Below the pieces are notes generated by a model. It was given only the letters and a program-made list of their open reading frames with translations, did no database searches and was not told the DNA's origin. The translations under genes and the position numbers were made by a program. From the NCBI GenBank assembly GCA_964534665.1, contig CAZHRT010000001.1, positions 605-64,604 of the forward strand: DNA of 64,000 nucleotides. The letters are read 5' to 3'. Below are positions 15,649 to 25,443 of the stretch, piece after piece (within the stretch, counting starts at the first letter, position 1; each line of letters starts with the position of its first letter). The stretch is from an uncultured Methanosarcinales archaeon. GTDB taxonomy: Archaea > Nanobdellota > Nanobdellia > Woesearchaeales > JAHJBD01.

Positions 15649-17889
15649 ATGAAACGAACACACACCTGTGGAGAATTAGATGTTAAATCTGTTGATGAAA
15701 GAATAGTTCTAAATGGTTGGGTAAATTCAAGAAGAGACCATGGTGGAGTTATATTTATTGATCTAAGAGATAGATATGGCCTTACACAAGTAGTTTTCAA
15801 TCCTAAAAATAATAAAGTTAGTCATAAAGCGGCTGAAGATTTAAGAAGAGAAGATGTTGTTCATGTTGAAGGTGTTGTCAAAAAAAGAAGTGAAGGACTT
15901 GAAAATCCAAACCTTAAAACAGGTAAAATCGAAATTTTTGTTGAAAAACTTGAAGTTCTTAATAAAGCAGAAACACCACCAATAGAAATTGACGATCGTG
16001 TTGAAGTTAATGAAGATATTGCATTAAAATATCGTTATCTAGATTTAAGAAAAACAACTTTACAAAATAATTTATTGGTTAGACATAAAGCTGCAAAAAT
16101 TACAAGAGACTATTTTGATAGTTTAGGTTTTATTGAAATTGAAACACCAGTTCTAGCTAAATCCACACCAGAAGGTGCTAGAGATTATGTTGTACCATCT
16201 AGAGTAAACCCTGGTAAGTTTTTTGCTCTACCACAATCACCACAAATTTTCAAACAATTATTAATGGTATCAGGCTTTGATAGATATTTTCAAATTGTAA
16301 AATGCTTTAGAGATGAAGATTTAAGAGCTGACAGACAACCAGAATTTACCCAGATTGATGTAGAGATGAGCTTTATCGAAGAAGAAGACATCTATACAAC
16401 AATGGAAGGTCTTATGAAAGTTGTTTGGAAAGGAATCCTAAATATCGATATTAAATTACCTTTCAAAAGAATACCTTATGACGAAGCAATGGACAAATAT
16501 GGTTCAGATAAACCTGATTTAAGGTTTGAATTAGAATTAAAAGACATTACAAAGATTGCAGAAGGTTCTGGATTTAAAGTTTTTTCAGAAACAGCAAAAA
16601 ATGGCGGTTTGATTAAAGGTATTAATGTTAAAGGTGCAGCTGAACAATTTTCAAGGAAAAAAATTGATGAATTAATTCCATTTGTAAAAATTTATGGTGC
16701 AAAAGGTCTTGCTTGGATGAAATATGACGGTAAAAAACTAGAAAGTTCAATAATCAAGTTTTTTAGTGATGAAGATCAAGAAAACATAATAAAAACACTT
16801 GATGCAAAAGCAGGCGATTTATTAGTTTTTGTTGGAGACCTTAAATCATCAATAGTACATGCATCTTTAGGTAACCTAAGAATTAAATTAGCAAAACAAT
16901 TAGGATTAATTAATGAAAAAGAATATAATTTCTGCTGGGTAACTGATTTTCCTTTATTTGAATACAATGAAGAAGAAGCAAGACATCAAGCAATGCATCA
17001 CCCATTCACTTCTCCAAAAAAAGAAGACATGGAACTTTTAGAAAAGGATCCAACTAAAGTTAAAAGCATTGCATACGATCTTACACTTAACGGTGTAGAA
17101 GTTGGTGGCGGTTCAATAAGAATTCACAAAAGAGAAATACAAGAAAAAATGTTCAAAGCATTAGGAATATCACCAGAACAAGCACAAGAAAAGTTCGGAT
17201 TCCTTTTAGAAGCTTTCAAATATGGTGCTCCACCACACGGTGGTCTAGCTTTTGGTTTTGATAGATTATGTGCACTATTAGTTAACACAGAAAATATCAG
17301 AAATGTTATTGCATTCCCAAAAACAAAATCAGCTGAAAGTTTAATGGATGATGCACCTAGTTATATTGATGACAAACAACTAAAAGAATTACATATTAAA
17401 CTTGACATTGTTAAAATGCCAGCAAAAGATGAAGTTTTTCAAAAAATCATAGATGCATTAAACAAAGATAAAATTGAAATTGAGACAATTGAACATAAAG
17501 CAGTCTTTACTTCAAAAGAAGCAGCTGAAGTTCGAGGTACAAAACCTAGTCAAGGCGTTAAAGCATTAGTTTGTAAAACAGACAAAGGGTTTTTACAAGC
17601 ATGTGTTCCTGGCGATAAAGAAATTGATTTAGATAAACTTAAAAAAGTATTACAAAGAAAAAGTGTTGAACTAGCAGCCGCTGAAGACGTTAAAAGAGTT
17701 ACAGGTTGTAGTATAGGTTCTGTTCCACCTTTTGGAAACCTTTTTGGAATTGATATTCTAATTGATAGCAAAGTAACTGAAAATAAAGAAGTTGCTTTCA
17801 ACGCAGGTTCACACACAAAATCAATTAAGATGCAAGCAAAAGATTTAGTAAAAGTTACTGGCGCTAAAGTTGCTGAGTTCTCCAAATGA
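15649..17889 (+). CDS. aspS: Aspartyl-tRNA synthetase, bacterial long type, fused to a C-terminal YbaK/ProX-like deacylase domain
   Basis: RTHTCGEL..GWV..RRDHGGVIFIDLRDRYG, FRDEDLRADRQPEFTQID and GGGSIRIH..GAPPHGGLAFGFDRL are class IIb motifs, and there is a GAD-type insertion. Residues after ~585 (GVKALVCKTDKG..GCSIGSVPPFG..AFNAGSH) look like a YbaK/INS-family domain. Confidence 0.85.
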   Translation: MKRTHTCGELDVKSVDERIVLNGWVNSRRDHGGVIFIDLRDRYGLTQVVFNPKNNKVSHKAAEDLRREDVVHVEGVVKKRSEGLENPNLKTGKIEIFVEKLEVLNKAETPPIEIDDRVEVNEDIALKYRYLDLRKTTLQNNLLVRHKAAKITRDYFDSLGFIEIETPVLAKSTPEGARDYVVPSRVNPGKFFALPQSPQIFKQLLMVSGFDRYFQIVKCFRDEDLRADRQPEFTQIDVEMSFIEEEDIYTTMEGLMKVVWKGILNIDIKLPFKRIPYDEAMDKYGSDKPDLRFELELKDITKIAEGSGFKVFSETAKNGGLIKGINVKGAAEQFSRKKIDELIPFVKIYGAKGLAWMKYDGKKLESSIIKFFSDEDQENIIKTLDAKAGDLLVFVGDLKSSIVHASLGNLRIKLAKQLGLINEKEYNFCWVTDFPLFEYNEEEARHQAMHHPFTSPKKEDMELLEKDPTKVKSIAYDLTLNGVEVGGGSIRIHKREIQEKMFKALGISPEQAQEKFGFLLEAFKYGAPPHGGLAFGFDRLCALLVNTENIRNVIAFPKTKSAESLMDDAPSYIDDKQLKELHIKLDIVKMPAKDEVFQKIIDALNKDKIEIETIEHKAVFTSKEAAEVRGTKPSQGVKALVCKTDKGFLQACVPGDKEIDLDKLKKVLQRKSVELAAAEDVKRVTGCSIGSVPPFGNLFGIDILIDSKVTENKEVAFNAGSHTKSIKMQAKDLVKVTGAKVAEFSK

Positions 17890-18437
17890 AGATCTATTTT
17901 GTAACGCACAACCCTGGAAAAGTTAAAGAATTCAAACAAATTCTAGAGCCAGATGTAGAAGTTGAACAAATTGACTACGATTCTCCTGAAATTAGACATG
18001 ATGATCCTTTAGACATTGCTAAAGACTGTGCAAAACATTCAGCAGAACACCTAAACAAAAAAGTTGTTGTTGAAGATTCAGGATTATTTATCAATGCATT
18101 GAAAGGTTTTCCAGGAACAAGTAGCGCTTACATCCACAAAAGAATAGGATTAAAAGGTATTCTTAAGTTATTAGAAAACATTAAGGATAAAACATGTTCA
18201 TACAAATCCGCAGTTGCATATTGTGAACCAGGTAAAGAACCAATTGCTTTCTTAGGTGAAGAAAAAGGTACAATTGCAAATGAAGAAAAAGGAACTAACG
18301 GTTTTGGTCACGATCCAATATTTATTCCAGAAGGTAATGATAAAACATATGGTGAACTTGATAATGTTGAAGAGACTAAAAAGTTCAGAAGATTAGCTGT
18401 TGAACAATTAATGGAATATTTGACTAAAACTTTATAA
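17886..18437 (+). CDS. rdgB: Non-canonical purine NTP pyrophosphatase (RdgB/HAM1 family)
   Basis: KIYFVTHNPGKVKEF, EDSGLFINALKGFPG and GFGHDPIF are signature motifs. There is a 4-nt overlap with aspS. Confidence 0.85.
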   Translation: MKIYFVTHNPGKVKEFKQILEPDVEVEQIDYDSPEIRHDDPLDIAKDCAKHSAEHLNKKVVVEDSGLFINALKGFPGTSSAYIHKRIGLKGILKLLENIKDKTCSYKSAVAYCEPGKEPIAFLGEEKGTIANEEKGTNGFGHDPIFIPEGNDKTYGELDNVEETKKFRRLAVEQLMEYLTKTL

Positions 18438-18460
18438 GATTAATTCTACTTTAATAGTAT

Positions 18461-18856
18461 ATGAAACCTTCTGAAACAAAAGTTTTAGTTGTAGATGATG
18501 ATAAAAGAATTTGCGCTTTTGTTTGTAAAATGCTTAATAGCGCAGGTTATACATCACATCAAGCCGCAGAAAATGGCCAACGAGGAATTGAACAAGCAGC
18601 TGCTTACTTACCACATTTTGTCTTAATGGATACAAATATGCCTGGAATAGATGGTTATGAAGCATGTAGACAATTAAGAGAAACAGAATATGGCCAAAAA
18701 ATGGCTATAGTTGGCATGTCTATATGGGATGATAAAGGAAGGAAAAAAGCTCGATGGTTAGCAGCTGGAGCTGACGCATTCATTAATAAAGAAGAATTAG
18801 AAAAAAGTCTACTCGTTCAAGTAATAGAAGAAACAGTACCCAAATACCAAGGATAA
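18461..18856 (+). CDS. Stand-alone response regulator receiver domain (CheY-like)
   Basis: KVLVVDDD...LMDTNMPGIDGYE...GADAFINKE carries the acidic pocket and conserved Lys context. No output domain and no kinase gene nearby. Confidence 0.8.
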   Translation: MKPSETKVLVVDDDKRICAFVCKMLNSAGYTSHQAAENGQRGIEQAAAYLPHFVLMDTNMPGIDGYEACRQLRETEYGQKMAIVGMSIWDDKGRKKARWLAAGADAFINKEELEKSLLVQVIEETVPKYQG

Positions 18857-18888
18857 TTTATTAAACATTAAGTTATTTCTTATATAAT

Positions 18889-19383
18889 ATGAAAATCACA
18901 ATTAAACAAGCCGACATTGGACAATTGCAAGTTGATGCAATAATTAATCCAGCTAATTCTTATGGATTCATGGGGGGAGGCATTGCTGGTGCAATAAAAC
19001 AGTTCGGTGGTCAAGAAATTGAAATGGAAGTAATCGCTCATGCACCAATCCCAATAGGTCATGCAGTCCTAACAACTGCAGGCAACTTAAGAGCAAAGCA
19101 TATCATTCATTCTCCAACAATGGAACAACCAGCAGCAGTTACAGATCTTGCAACAATTAAAGAAGCAACAAAAGCAGCATTAGATTGTGCAGAAGAAAAT
19201 AATTTTAAAAAGATAGCAATACCTGGTATGGGTACTGGTGTTGGCCGTGTACCAAAAGAAAAAGCAGCATTAGCAATCCTAGAAGTTATCTTAAATTATG
19301 AACCAAATTCATTAGAAGAAGTTGTTCTATTTGATAAAAGCCAAGAAATGGTTGACGCTTTTGATAAAGCATTTAATGGTTAA
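18889..19383 (+). CDS. Macro domain protein (ADP-ribose binding/hydrolase, AF1521-like)
   Basis: VDAIINPANSYGFMGGGIAGAIK and IAIPGMGTGVGRVP are macro-domain signatures. Confidence 0.85.
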   Translation: MKITIKQADIGQLQVDAIINPANSYGFMGGGIAGAIKQFGGQEIEMEVIAHAPIPIGHAVLTTAGNLRAKHIIHSPTMEQPAAVTDLATIKEATKAALDCAEENNFKKIAIPGMGTGVGRVPKEKAALAILEVILNYEPNSLEEVVLFDKSQEMVDAFDKAFNG

Positions 19384-19387
19384 GTAA

Positions 19388-19882
19388 ATGAATTCTCCAA
19401 AGTATGCAAAAGATATAGCTAATGCAATAGGAATGCCACAAGAAGATTTCTTTTTACAATACGGACATCTAGTAGATAGAGGAAAAATAGCTTATCCAGT
19501 TTCTGAAACATTGTGCTCATTAAAATTAGAAACTCCAAATTTAACACCACAAGAATTTTCATTAGCTTCAAATATACCAATCAATAAAACCATCTTATTA
19601 GTAGAATACGGTTGGCTAGTTGCTAGAAATATCTCAAAAACACTTAACCCAAGATATTTAATCCCTAGTTCAGAGTATAAAAGAGCAGAAGAACAGGGGA
19701 TTCTAGAATTAACAATCGAAGATATCAGAACAGGTCCGATACATTATCAAGCTTTTTTAAAAGCAAAAAGAAAACGTAAAAGAACAGCAAAAGATAAAAC
19801 ACCTAATCCAAGAATAGACGAAATAGTAAGACGATTAGAAGAAGACCAATCAAATGAAATGTCTAATGATGAAAATAATTAA
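19388..19882 (+). CDS. Hypothetical protein with two HTH-like repeats and a basic/acidic tail
   Basis: Two similar segments are KDIANAIGMPQEDFFLQYGHLVDRGKI and EFSLASNIPINKTILLVEYGWLVARNI, followed by KAKRKRKRTAKDK. Assignment is tentative. Confidence 0.5.
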   Translation: MNSPKYAKDIANAIGMPQEDFFLQYGHLVDRGKIAYPVSETLCSLKLETPNLTPQEFSLASNIPINKTILLVEYGWLVARNISKTLNPRYLIPSSEYKRAEEQGILELTIEDIRTGPIHYQAFLKAKRKRKRTAKDKTPNPRIDEIVRRLEEDQSNEMSNDENN

Positions 19883-20510
19883 CACAAAATACAAAATATA
19901 ATCCTAATAAAGTACAAGAAATAATTGTTGGCCATGTAGACAAAGGATAAATCAAAGCTGAAAGAAATAAAACAACCAATGAAAACAATTTAATTCTATA
20001 TTTACTAAGAAATACCAAATAACTAAATACAAACATACCCCCTGTTAAGAACCATCCCATTAAAACATTAATAGGCATACCCAAGAACCAAAGAAGATCA
20101 TAAACATTTGATTTATTCCAAGACCACCATCCAAGTGCAGCCCCAATTGGCTCTCCAGCTAATGAAAATACTACCATAAAAAACGCAGAGATAATTGTAA
20201 TTGCATAAATTCTATTTGAAGTAATCTTATACTTCCTCAAACCCAATACTTTTTCAGCTAACCACAATGACAAATAAAAATGAAAAACCCAGCCAATCAA
20301 AATTAAAAATGGAACACCAAAGAAAAGTAAAGATGTTCCCTGATATAGCGGCCTAGTTGTATGAGACATATTAAATTCTCTAATAAAAGAATAAATTAAC
20401 CCAACACCAAAAAACCAAAGTGTATTCTTTTTTCCTCTAACATAAAAACTATGAATAATTAATAAAATAAATTCAATAAAAATGATAATTGAAATAACTA
20501 TATTATTCAT
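19863..20510 (-). CDS. Integral membrane protein (about 7 TM), function unknown
   Basis: Hydrophobic throughout. Sits next to the prenyltransferase cluster. No family assigned with confidence. Confidence 0.6.
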   Translation of the reverse strand: MNNIVISIIIFIEFILLIIHSFYVRGKKNTLWFFGVGLIYSFIREFNMSHTTRPLYQGTSLLFFGVPFLILIGWVFHFYLSLWLAEKVLGLRKYKITSNRIYAITIISAFFMVVFSLAGEPIGAALGWWSWNKSNVYDLLWFLGMPINVLMGWFLTGGMFVFSYLVFLSKYRIKLFSLVVLFLSALIYPLSTWPTIISCTLLGLYFVFCVNYFHH

Positions 20511-20721
20511 TTTTCAACACCACAATAATTAAAATTAATAAAGGTAATAAAGTCCATAAATAAACTAAATTACCAATTTTAAATATTACAATAAAAACAT
20601 ACAAAATAAACATAAAAACTATTATCCCAAAAGGTATAAAATCAATATTTTTCATAATATCATAAAAAATATTAAAACATATATAAAAATATCCAAAAAA
20701 CATAAGTGTATTAAAACACAA
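20503..20721 (-). CDS. Small membrane protein, 72 aa
   Basis: Two or three hydrophobic segments. Overlaps the downstream membrane gene by 8 nt, which suggests co-translation. Confidence 0.45.
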   Translation of the reverse strand: MCFNTLMFFGYFYICFNIFYDIMKNIDFIPFGIIVFMFILYVFIVIFKIGNLVYLWTLLPLLILIIVVLKNE

Positions 20722-20737
20722 CTAACTACCTAAAAGA

Positions 20738-21778
20738 ATGAAAGTTAACCCTGCTTTACTAAAACTTGATTTATTTTGTAAAGGATTAAGAATTGAATGC
20801 ACACTAGATAAAGATACACGCCCAATAATAAGAACAAGGGGTGGATTAGGTTCTGGTCTTGAAATAATACTCCCAGAGGATATTTATTGCAATGCTCCAA
20901 TTTACGAGGATTTTGCTAAAGATTCCCCATATACATTAAGAAAGAACAAAACATATTATCTAGAAAAAGACAATCAATTTCTTTGTAATATTGACATTCC
21001 AAAAAAACCAGGGTTCTACTCAAAAAAGACATCTTCTGGAAAAGAAATGTCAAGGATAGGAACTATTCAAGGAAATTATCTTGCAATTTATTATGGAAAA
21101 CTTTGTGAGTTTTGGAAAACTAAAGAAAATTGTAAATTTTGTTCTTTAGGTTTAAATCTTGGAAACAACGAAGAAATTGAGAAAACAGATCAAGATATAA
21201 TTGAAACAATTAAAGAAGCATCAAAAGAAGTTTCATTTATACATTTTAACACAGGCCATAACAAAATTGATTCATTAATAGACTTGATAAAAAAGATACA
21301 CACAGATATTCCTATAGGTGTACAAGCCCCACCGCAAAAAGATCTTAAAAAATATAACATACTAAAAGATGCAGGCGTTGTACATTTATCTTTTTGTTTT
21401 GAAATATTTAACAAAGAAAAGTTTAGCATTATTTGTCCTGGGAAACACAAACACATCACCCAAGAAACTTATTTCAAAACAATAAAATATTGCACAAAAT
21501 TATTTCAACCAAAATTAGTAACAGGAGAAATTATTGCAGGTCTTGAACCAGTAAGCGATACAATTGCAGCAATTGATTATCTTAATTCAATTAACGCATC
21601 AACAACAGTTTGTGTCTTTAGACCAATACCAGGAACAAATTTAGAAAAAATGAAACCACCAAAATTAGAAGATCTGCTTCCAATCTTCAAACATCTTGCT
21701 AACAATTTTCCAATGCCCAATCTAAAAGTAAGTATTGTTCTAACACCAAACGAAGCAACCTACCTAAAAGATGTTTAA
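20738..21778 (+). CDS. Radical-SAM-like protein with a non-canonical Cys triad
   Basis: CEFWKTKENCKFCSLG is Cx8CxxC, not CxxxCxxC. The TIM-barrel-like periodicity afterwards resembles radical SAM enzymes. Tentative. Confidence 0.45.
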   Translation: MKVNPALLKLDLFCKGLRIECTLDKDTRPIIRTRGGLGSGLEIILPEDIYCNAPIYEDFAKDSPYTLRKNKTYYLEKDNQFLCNIDIPKKPGFYSKKTSSGKEMSRIGTIQGNYLAIYYGKLCEFWKTKENCKFCSLGLNLGNNEEIEKTDQDIIETIKEASKEVSFIHFNTGHNKIDSLIDLIKKIHTDIPIGVQAPPQKDLKKYNILKDAGVVHLSFCFEIFNKEKFSIICPGKHKHITQETYFKTIKYCTKLFQPKLVTGEIIAGLEPVSDTIAAIDYLNSINASTTVCVFRPIPGTNLEKMKPPKLEDLLPIFKHLANNFPMPNLKVSIVLTPNEATYLKDV

Positions 21779-22613
21779 AAACTATATTACCTTAACAAGA
21801 CCATTCACTCTAGTTTTACCTATAATTGCATTTATTTCTGCAGGTATAATTGCAATAAAAAGTATTAATATGCAACTATTGCTTGGAGGATTAGCTATAG
21901 CATTTCTAAACGCTGCATCAAACGAACTCAACCAAATATTTGATATAAATATTGACAAAATCAACAAACCCAACAGGCCACTACCATCTAAAAAAATTTC
22001 TTTGAAAAATGCATTTTTATCATGTTTGCTTTTATACATTATTTCATTACTAATATCCTACTTTATCAATTCAAGATTATTTATCATTTTTATAATTATT
22101 ACAATATTTACTATTACCTATTCAGCACCACCTTTTAGATTCAAAAGAATACCTTGGATTTCCAATCTTAATATTGCAATACCAAGAGGATTAATCATTA
22201 TTGTTGCTGGTTGGGCTTCTGTTAAACCAATTACATTTGAACCAATCTTTATCGGACTAATATATACAATTTATTTATTTGGTGCTCAATCAACTAAAGA
22301 CTTCAGTGATATAAAAGGGGACAAAAAATATAACATTATCACACTCCCTATTTTATATGGAAAAACAAAGACAATTAGCATTATGATCCCATTTTTAACA
22401 CTGCCATTTTTATTAATACCAATTGGCATATCTCAAGGAATATTGACTGGAAATCCCCTCGTTTTACTAATTACAACAACAATATCATTAATTCTTGGTA
22501 TTCGCACTTCAATAATACTTAGAAAAAATACAAAAAGTAAAGCCTCTTGGATCTATATGTATTACACATTATTTATCACAAACCTAGGTTTTGCTATTGC
22601 ATACGTAGTCTAA
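21771..22613 (+). CDS. UbiA-family prenyltransferase (size and context fit digeranylgeranylglyceryl-phosphate synthase)
   Basis: NELNQIFDINIDKINKPNRPLPS is the NxxxDxxxD motif, with a second Asp-rich region KDFSDIKGDKK, and there are 8-9 TM segments. Confidence 0.8.
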   Translation: MFKNYITLTRPFTLVLPIIAFISAGIIAIKSINMQLLLGGLAIAFLNAASNELNQIFDINIDKINKPNRPLPSKKISLKNAFLSCLLLYIISLLISYFINSRLFIIFIIITIFTITYSAPPFRFKRIPWISNLNIAIPRGLIIIVAGWASVKPITFEPIFIGLIYTIYLFGAQSTKDFSDIKGDKKYNIITLPILYGKTKTISIMIPFLTLPFLLIPIGISQGILTGNPLVLLITTTISLILGIRTSIILRKNTKSKASWIYMYYTLFITNLGFAIAYVV

Positions 22614-22652
22614 CAAAACTTATTTAAACCCTACTTCTTCACTAGATATAAA

Positions 22653-22937
22653 ATGAAAGTAGACGAAGAACTGATTAAACATGTAGCAAAAGTAGCTAGG
22701 TTAAAACTATCAGCAGCAGAAATTAAGAAATTTCAGCCTCAGTTAAAAGATATTCTTAACGCATTCTCAAAACTAGAAGATATTGATACAAAGAACACAG
22801 AACCTTCTTTTCATCCAATAGAAATAAAGAATGTTATGAGAGAAGATAAAGTAACAGATTCCCTTACTCAAGAACAAGCACTTTCATTAGTCAAAAACAA
22901 AAAAGATGGTTACTTTAAAGGACCAAAAGCGGTGTAA
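22653..22937 (+). CDS. gatC: Asp/Glu-tRNA amidotransferase subunit C
   Basis: [28 protein letters not shown] matches the family, as does the size. Lies upstream of gatA and gatB. Confidence 0.85.
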   Translation: MKVDEELIKHVAKVARLKLSAAEIKKFQPQLKDILNAFSKLEDIDTKNTEPSFHPIEIKNVMREDKVTDSLTQEQALSLVKNKKDGYFKGPKAV

Positions 22938-22942
22938 ATAAA

Positions 22943-23470
22943 ATGAAAATCTATAAAACAATAATTTGTATTTTAACATTAATCCTAATAATAGGATGCG
23001 GAGGAAATAAAATGAAGATAGCAGAATTTGAAACTAATAAAGGAACTTTTGAAATAGAGCTTTTTACTGAGAAAGCACCAATAACAACACAAAATTTCAT
23101 TGACTTAATAAATAAGGGATTTTACAATGGATTAATATTCCATAGAATTATCAAAGATTTCATGATTCAGGGCGGCGACCCAGACGGGGACGGCAGTGGA
23201 AGTCCAGGTTATACAATTAAAGATGAATTCGATCCTGAGTTAACACATAATAGTGAAGGAATTCTATCTATGGCTAACCGTGGCCCAGATACTGGTGGTT
23301 CTCAATTTTTTATAACTCTAGCACCAACACCACACCTTGACGGAAAACATGCAGTTTTTGGAAAAGTTACAAAAGGCATAGAAATAGTTAGAGAAATAGG
23401 TAATTTAGCAACTGGTGCAAATGATAAGCCAGTTGAAGATGTAATAATCAAAAAAATTACAATCAAATGA
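22943..23470 (+). CDS. Cyclophilin-type peptidyl-prolyl isomerase with a lipobox-like signal
   Basis: [31 protein letters not shown] and HAVFGKV are cyclophilin motifs. The N-terminus has LILIIGCGG. Confidence 0.9.
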   Translation: MKIYKTIICILTLILIIGCGGNKMKIAEFETNKGTFEIELFTEKAPITTQNFIDLINKGFYNGLIFHRIIKDFMIQGGDPDGDGSGSPGYTIKDEFDPELTHNSEGILSMANRGPDTGGSQFFITLAPTPHLDGKHAVFGKVTKGIEIVREIGNLATGANDKPVEDVIIKKITIK

Positions 23471-24786
23471 ATAAGATAATTGAACAAGTAAAGAAAATCA
23501 ACAAAGAATACCATTTCTTCAATGAGATAGTTGAAGATCCAAGAAAATTAGGAAATGGTAAACTATCTGGCATTGCTGTTTCTGTTAAAGATTGTATTGT
23601 TGTTAAAAACATTGAAAGTAAAGCTGGTTCAGCTATTCTAAAGAACTACAAACCAGTATTTGACGCTACAATTATTGAAAAAATTAAATCTGAAGGTGGC
23701 TTAATTATTGGTAAAACTTCTCAAGATGCATTTGGTTTTGGTTCATTCGCAACAAATGTAGGCATAGATATGAAAATTCCACTTAATCCCTTTGATAAAG
23801 AAAGGGCATGTGGTGGTAGTAGCGGAGGTTCAGCAGGAATAACACAAGCTGCAGACTTTCAACACATAAGTATTGCAGAAAGTACTGGCGGTTCAATTGT
23901 TTGCCCAGCAAGTTTTTGCGGTGTAATTGGTTTATGCCCAACCTATGGAAGAATTTCAAGGTACGGATTAATGGATTATGCTAACAGTTTAGACAAAATT
24001 GGTCCAATGGCTAAAAACATAAAAGATATCGCCTTAATTATGGAAATTATCGCTGGTCATGATCCAAAAGACAGCACATCACTTAATGAAAAAGTTCCAA
24101 AATATTCAAGCTTTGTAAACAAAGAAATCAAAGGAATGAAAATTGGAATAATTAAAGAAGCTTTTGAAAAAGGTATTGACAAAGAAGTAAAAGAAAATGT
24201 TCAAGAAGCTATTAAAAAACTTGAAGCTTTAGGTGCTAAAACAGAAGAAGTTTCCCTTCCACTAGCATCAAAATACGCTTTAGAATGTTATTATCTTCTC
24301 GCAACAACCGAAGCTTCAACAAACCTTGCTAAATATTGTGGTATGCGTTATGGTGAAGAAGAAAAACTTGAAGGTAATTTTAATGAATATTTTTCAAAAG
24401 TTAGATCAAAATATCTTAACGAAGAATCTAAAAGAAGAATTATTATAGGAACATTTGCAAGAATGGCTGGACAAAGAGATGCTTTCTATATAAAAGCAGC
24501 TCAAGTAAGAACAAAAATAATTGAAGAGTACAAAAAAGCATTCAAAAAATTCGATGCTTTAATCTGTCCAACAATGCCAGTTATCGCACCAAAACTTTCA
24601 GAAATTAAAGAATTAACTCCATTACAAAACTACATGATGGATATACTTACTGTAGGTCCAAATTTAGCTGGCTTACCACATATCACTATTCCAACAGGAT
24701 TCAAAGATAAAATGCCAATAGGCACAATGCTTATTGGAGACCATTTAACAGAAGAAAAATTAATTCAAATAAGTGCAAAACTATGA
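23467..24786 (+). CDS. gatA: Asp/Glu-tRNA amidotransferase subunit A (amidase signature)
   Basis: GGSSGGSAG lies in a Gly/Ser-rich amidase signature, and KDCIVVKN is present. Confidence 0.9.
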   Translation: MNKIIEQVKKINKEYHFFNEIVEDPRKLGNGKLSGIAVSVKDCIVVKNIESKAGSAILKNYKPVFDATIIEKIKSEGGLIIGKTSQDAFGFGSFATNVGIDMKIPLNPFDKERACGGSSGGSAGITQAADFQHISIAESTGGSIVCPASFCGVIGLCPTYGRISRYGLMDYANSLDKIGPMAKNIKDIALIMEIIAGHDPKDSTSLNEKVPKYSSFVNKEIKGMKIGIIKEAFEKGIDKEVKENVQEAIKKLEALGAKTEEVSLPLASKYALECYYLLATTEASTNLAKYCGMRYGEEEKLEGNFNEYFSKVRSKYLNEESKRRIIIGTFARMAGQRDAFYIKAAQVRTKIIEEYKKAFKKFDALICPTMPVIAPKLSEIKELTPLQNYMMDILTVGPNLAGLPHITIPTGFKDKMPIGTMLIGDHLTEEKLIQISAKL

Positions 24787-24861
24787 AAATTTCAAAATTA
24801 AAAAGAAATTTTATTATTATAAACAAACAACAAATAAAAAAAAGACTGCGAGTGAATATAT

Positions 24862-25443
24862 ATGAAAAAAGAAATAACATATTTTGAGAAAACTGGAGAA
24901 GAAAATACAAAAAGCGCATTACTATTAGCAGTAGATTATGCTAAAACTAACGATATCAAAACAATAGTAATATCTTCAAGCACTGGAAACTCAGCATTAA
25001 AACTTAAAAAACTAGCACCAGAACTTAATATTGTTTGTGTTACATATTCAAATGCAGTAACTTACAAAGATAAACTTGAAGCATTTGAGAAAAACAAACC
25101 AGTTCTTGAAGAAGAAAAAATAATAATAGTCAAAAATACACATTCATTTAGTGGTATAGATAGAGCAATATCAAACCGCTACAAAACAGTTATGCCGTCT
25201 ACAATGATTGCAGACACATTAAAATTAATTTCTGAAGGTACAAAAGTTTTAGTTGAATGTGTTTTAATGGCAACTGACTCTGGTTCAATAAAAGTTAAAG
25301 AACCAATATTAGCATTAGGCGGAACAAGTAAGGGTGTAGATACCTGTATGTTAATTGAACCAGCTACAACTTCAAACTTTTTTGAATTAGGTATTTTAGA
25401 AATAATCTGTATGCCAAGAATTGGAGGATTAGTTCATGGTTAA
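24862..25443 (+). CDS. Pyruvate kinase C-terminal-domain-like protein (archaeal stand-alone alpha/beta domain)
   Basis: YFEKTGEENT...AVDYAKTNDIKTIVISSSTGNSALKL resembles the stand-alone PK_C-like proteins of archaea. Recalled from memory, not verified. Confidence 0.5.
   Translation: MKKEITYFEKTGEENTKSALLLAVDYAKTNDIKTIVISSSTGNSALKLKKLAPELNIVCVTYSNAVTYKDKLEAFEKNKPVLEEEKIIIVKNTHSFSGIDRAISNRYKTVMPSTMIADTLKLISEGTKVLVECVLMATDSGSIKVKEPILALGGTSKGVDTCMLIEPATTSNFFELGILEIICMPRIGGLVHG

Noticed and set aside
18461-18856. The stand-alone receiver domain as part of a chemotaxis or two-component system.
   Set aside because: No histidine kinase, che gene or output domain lies anywhere in the window. Orphan receivers are common.
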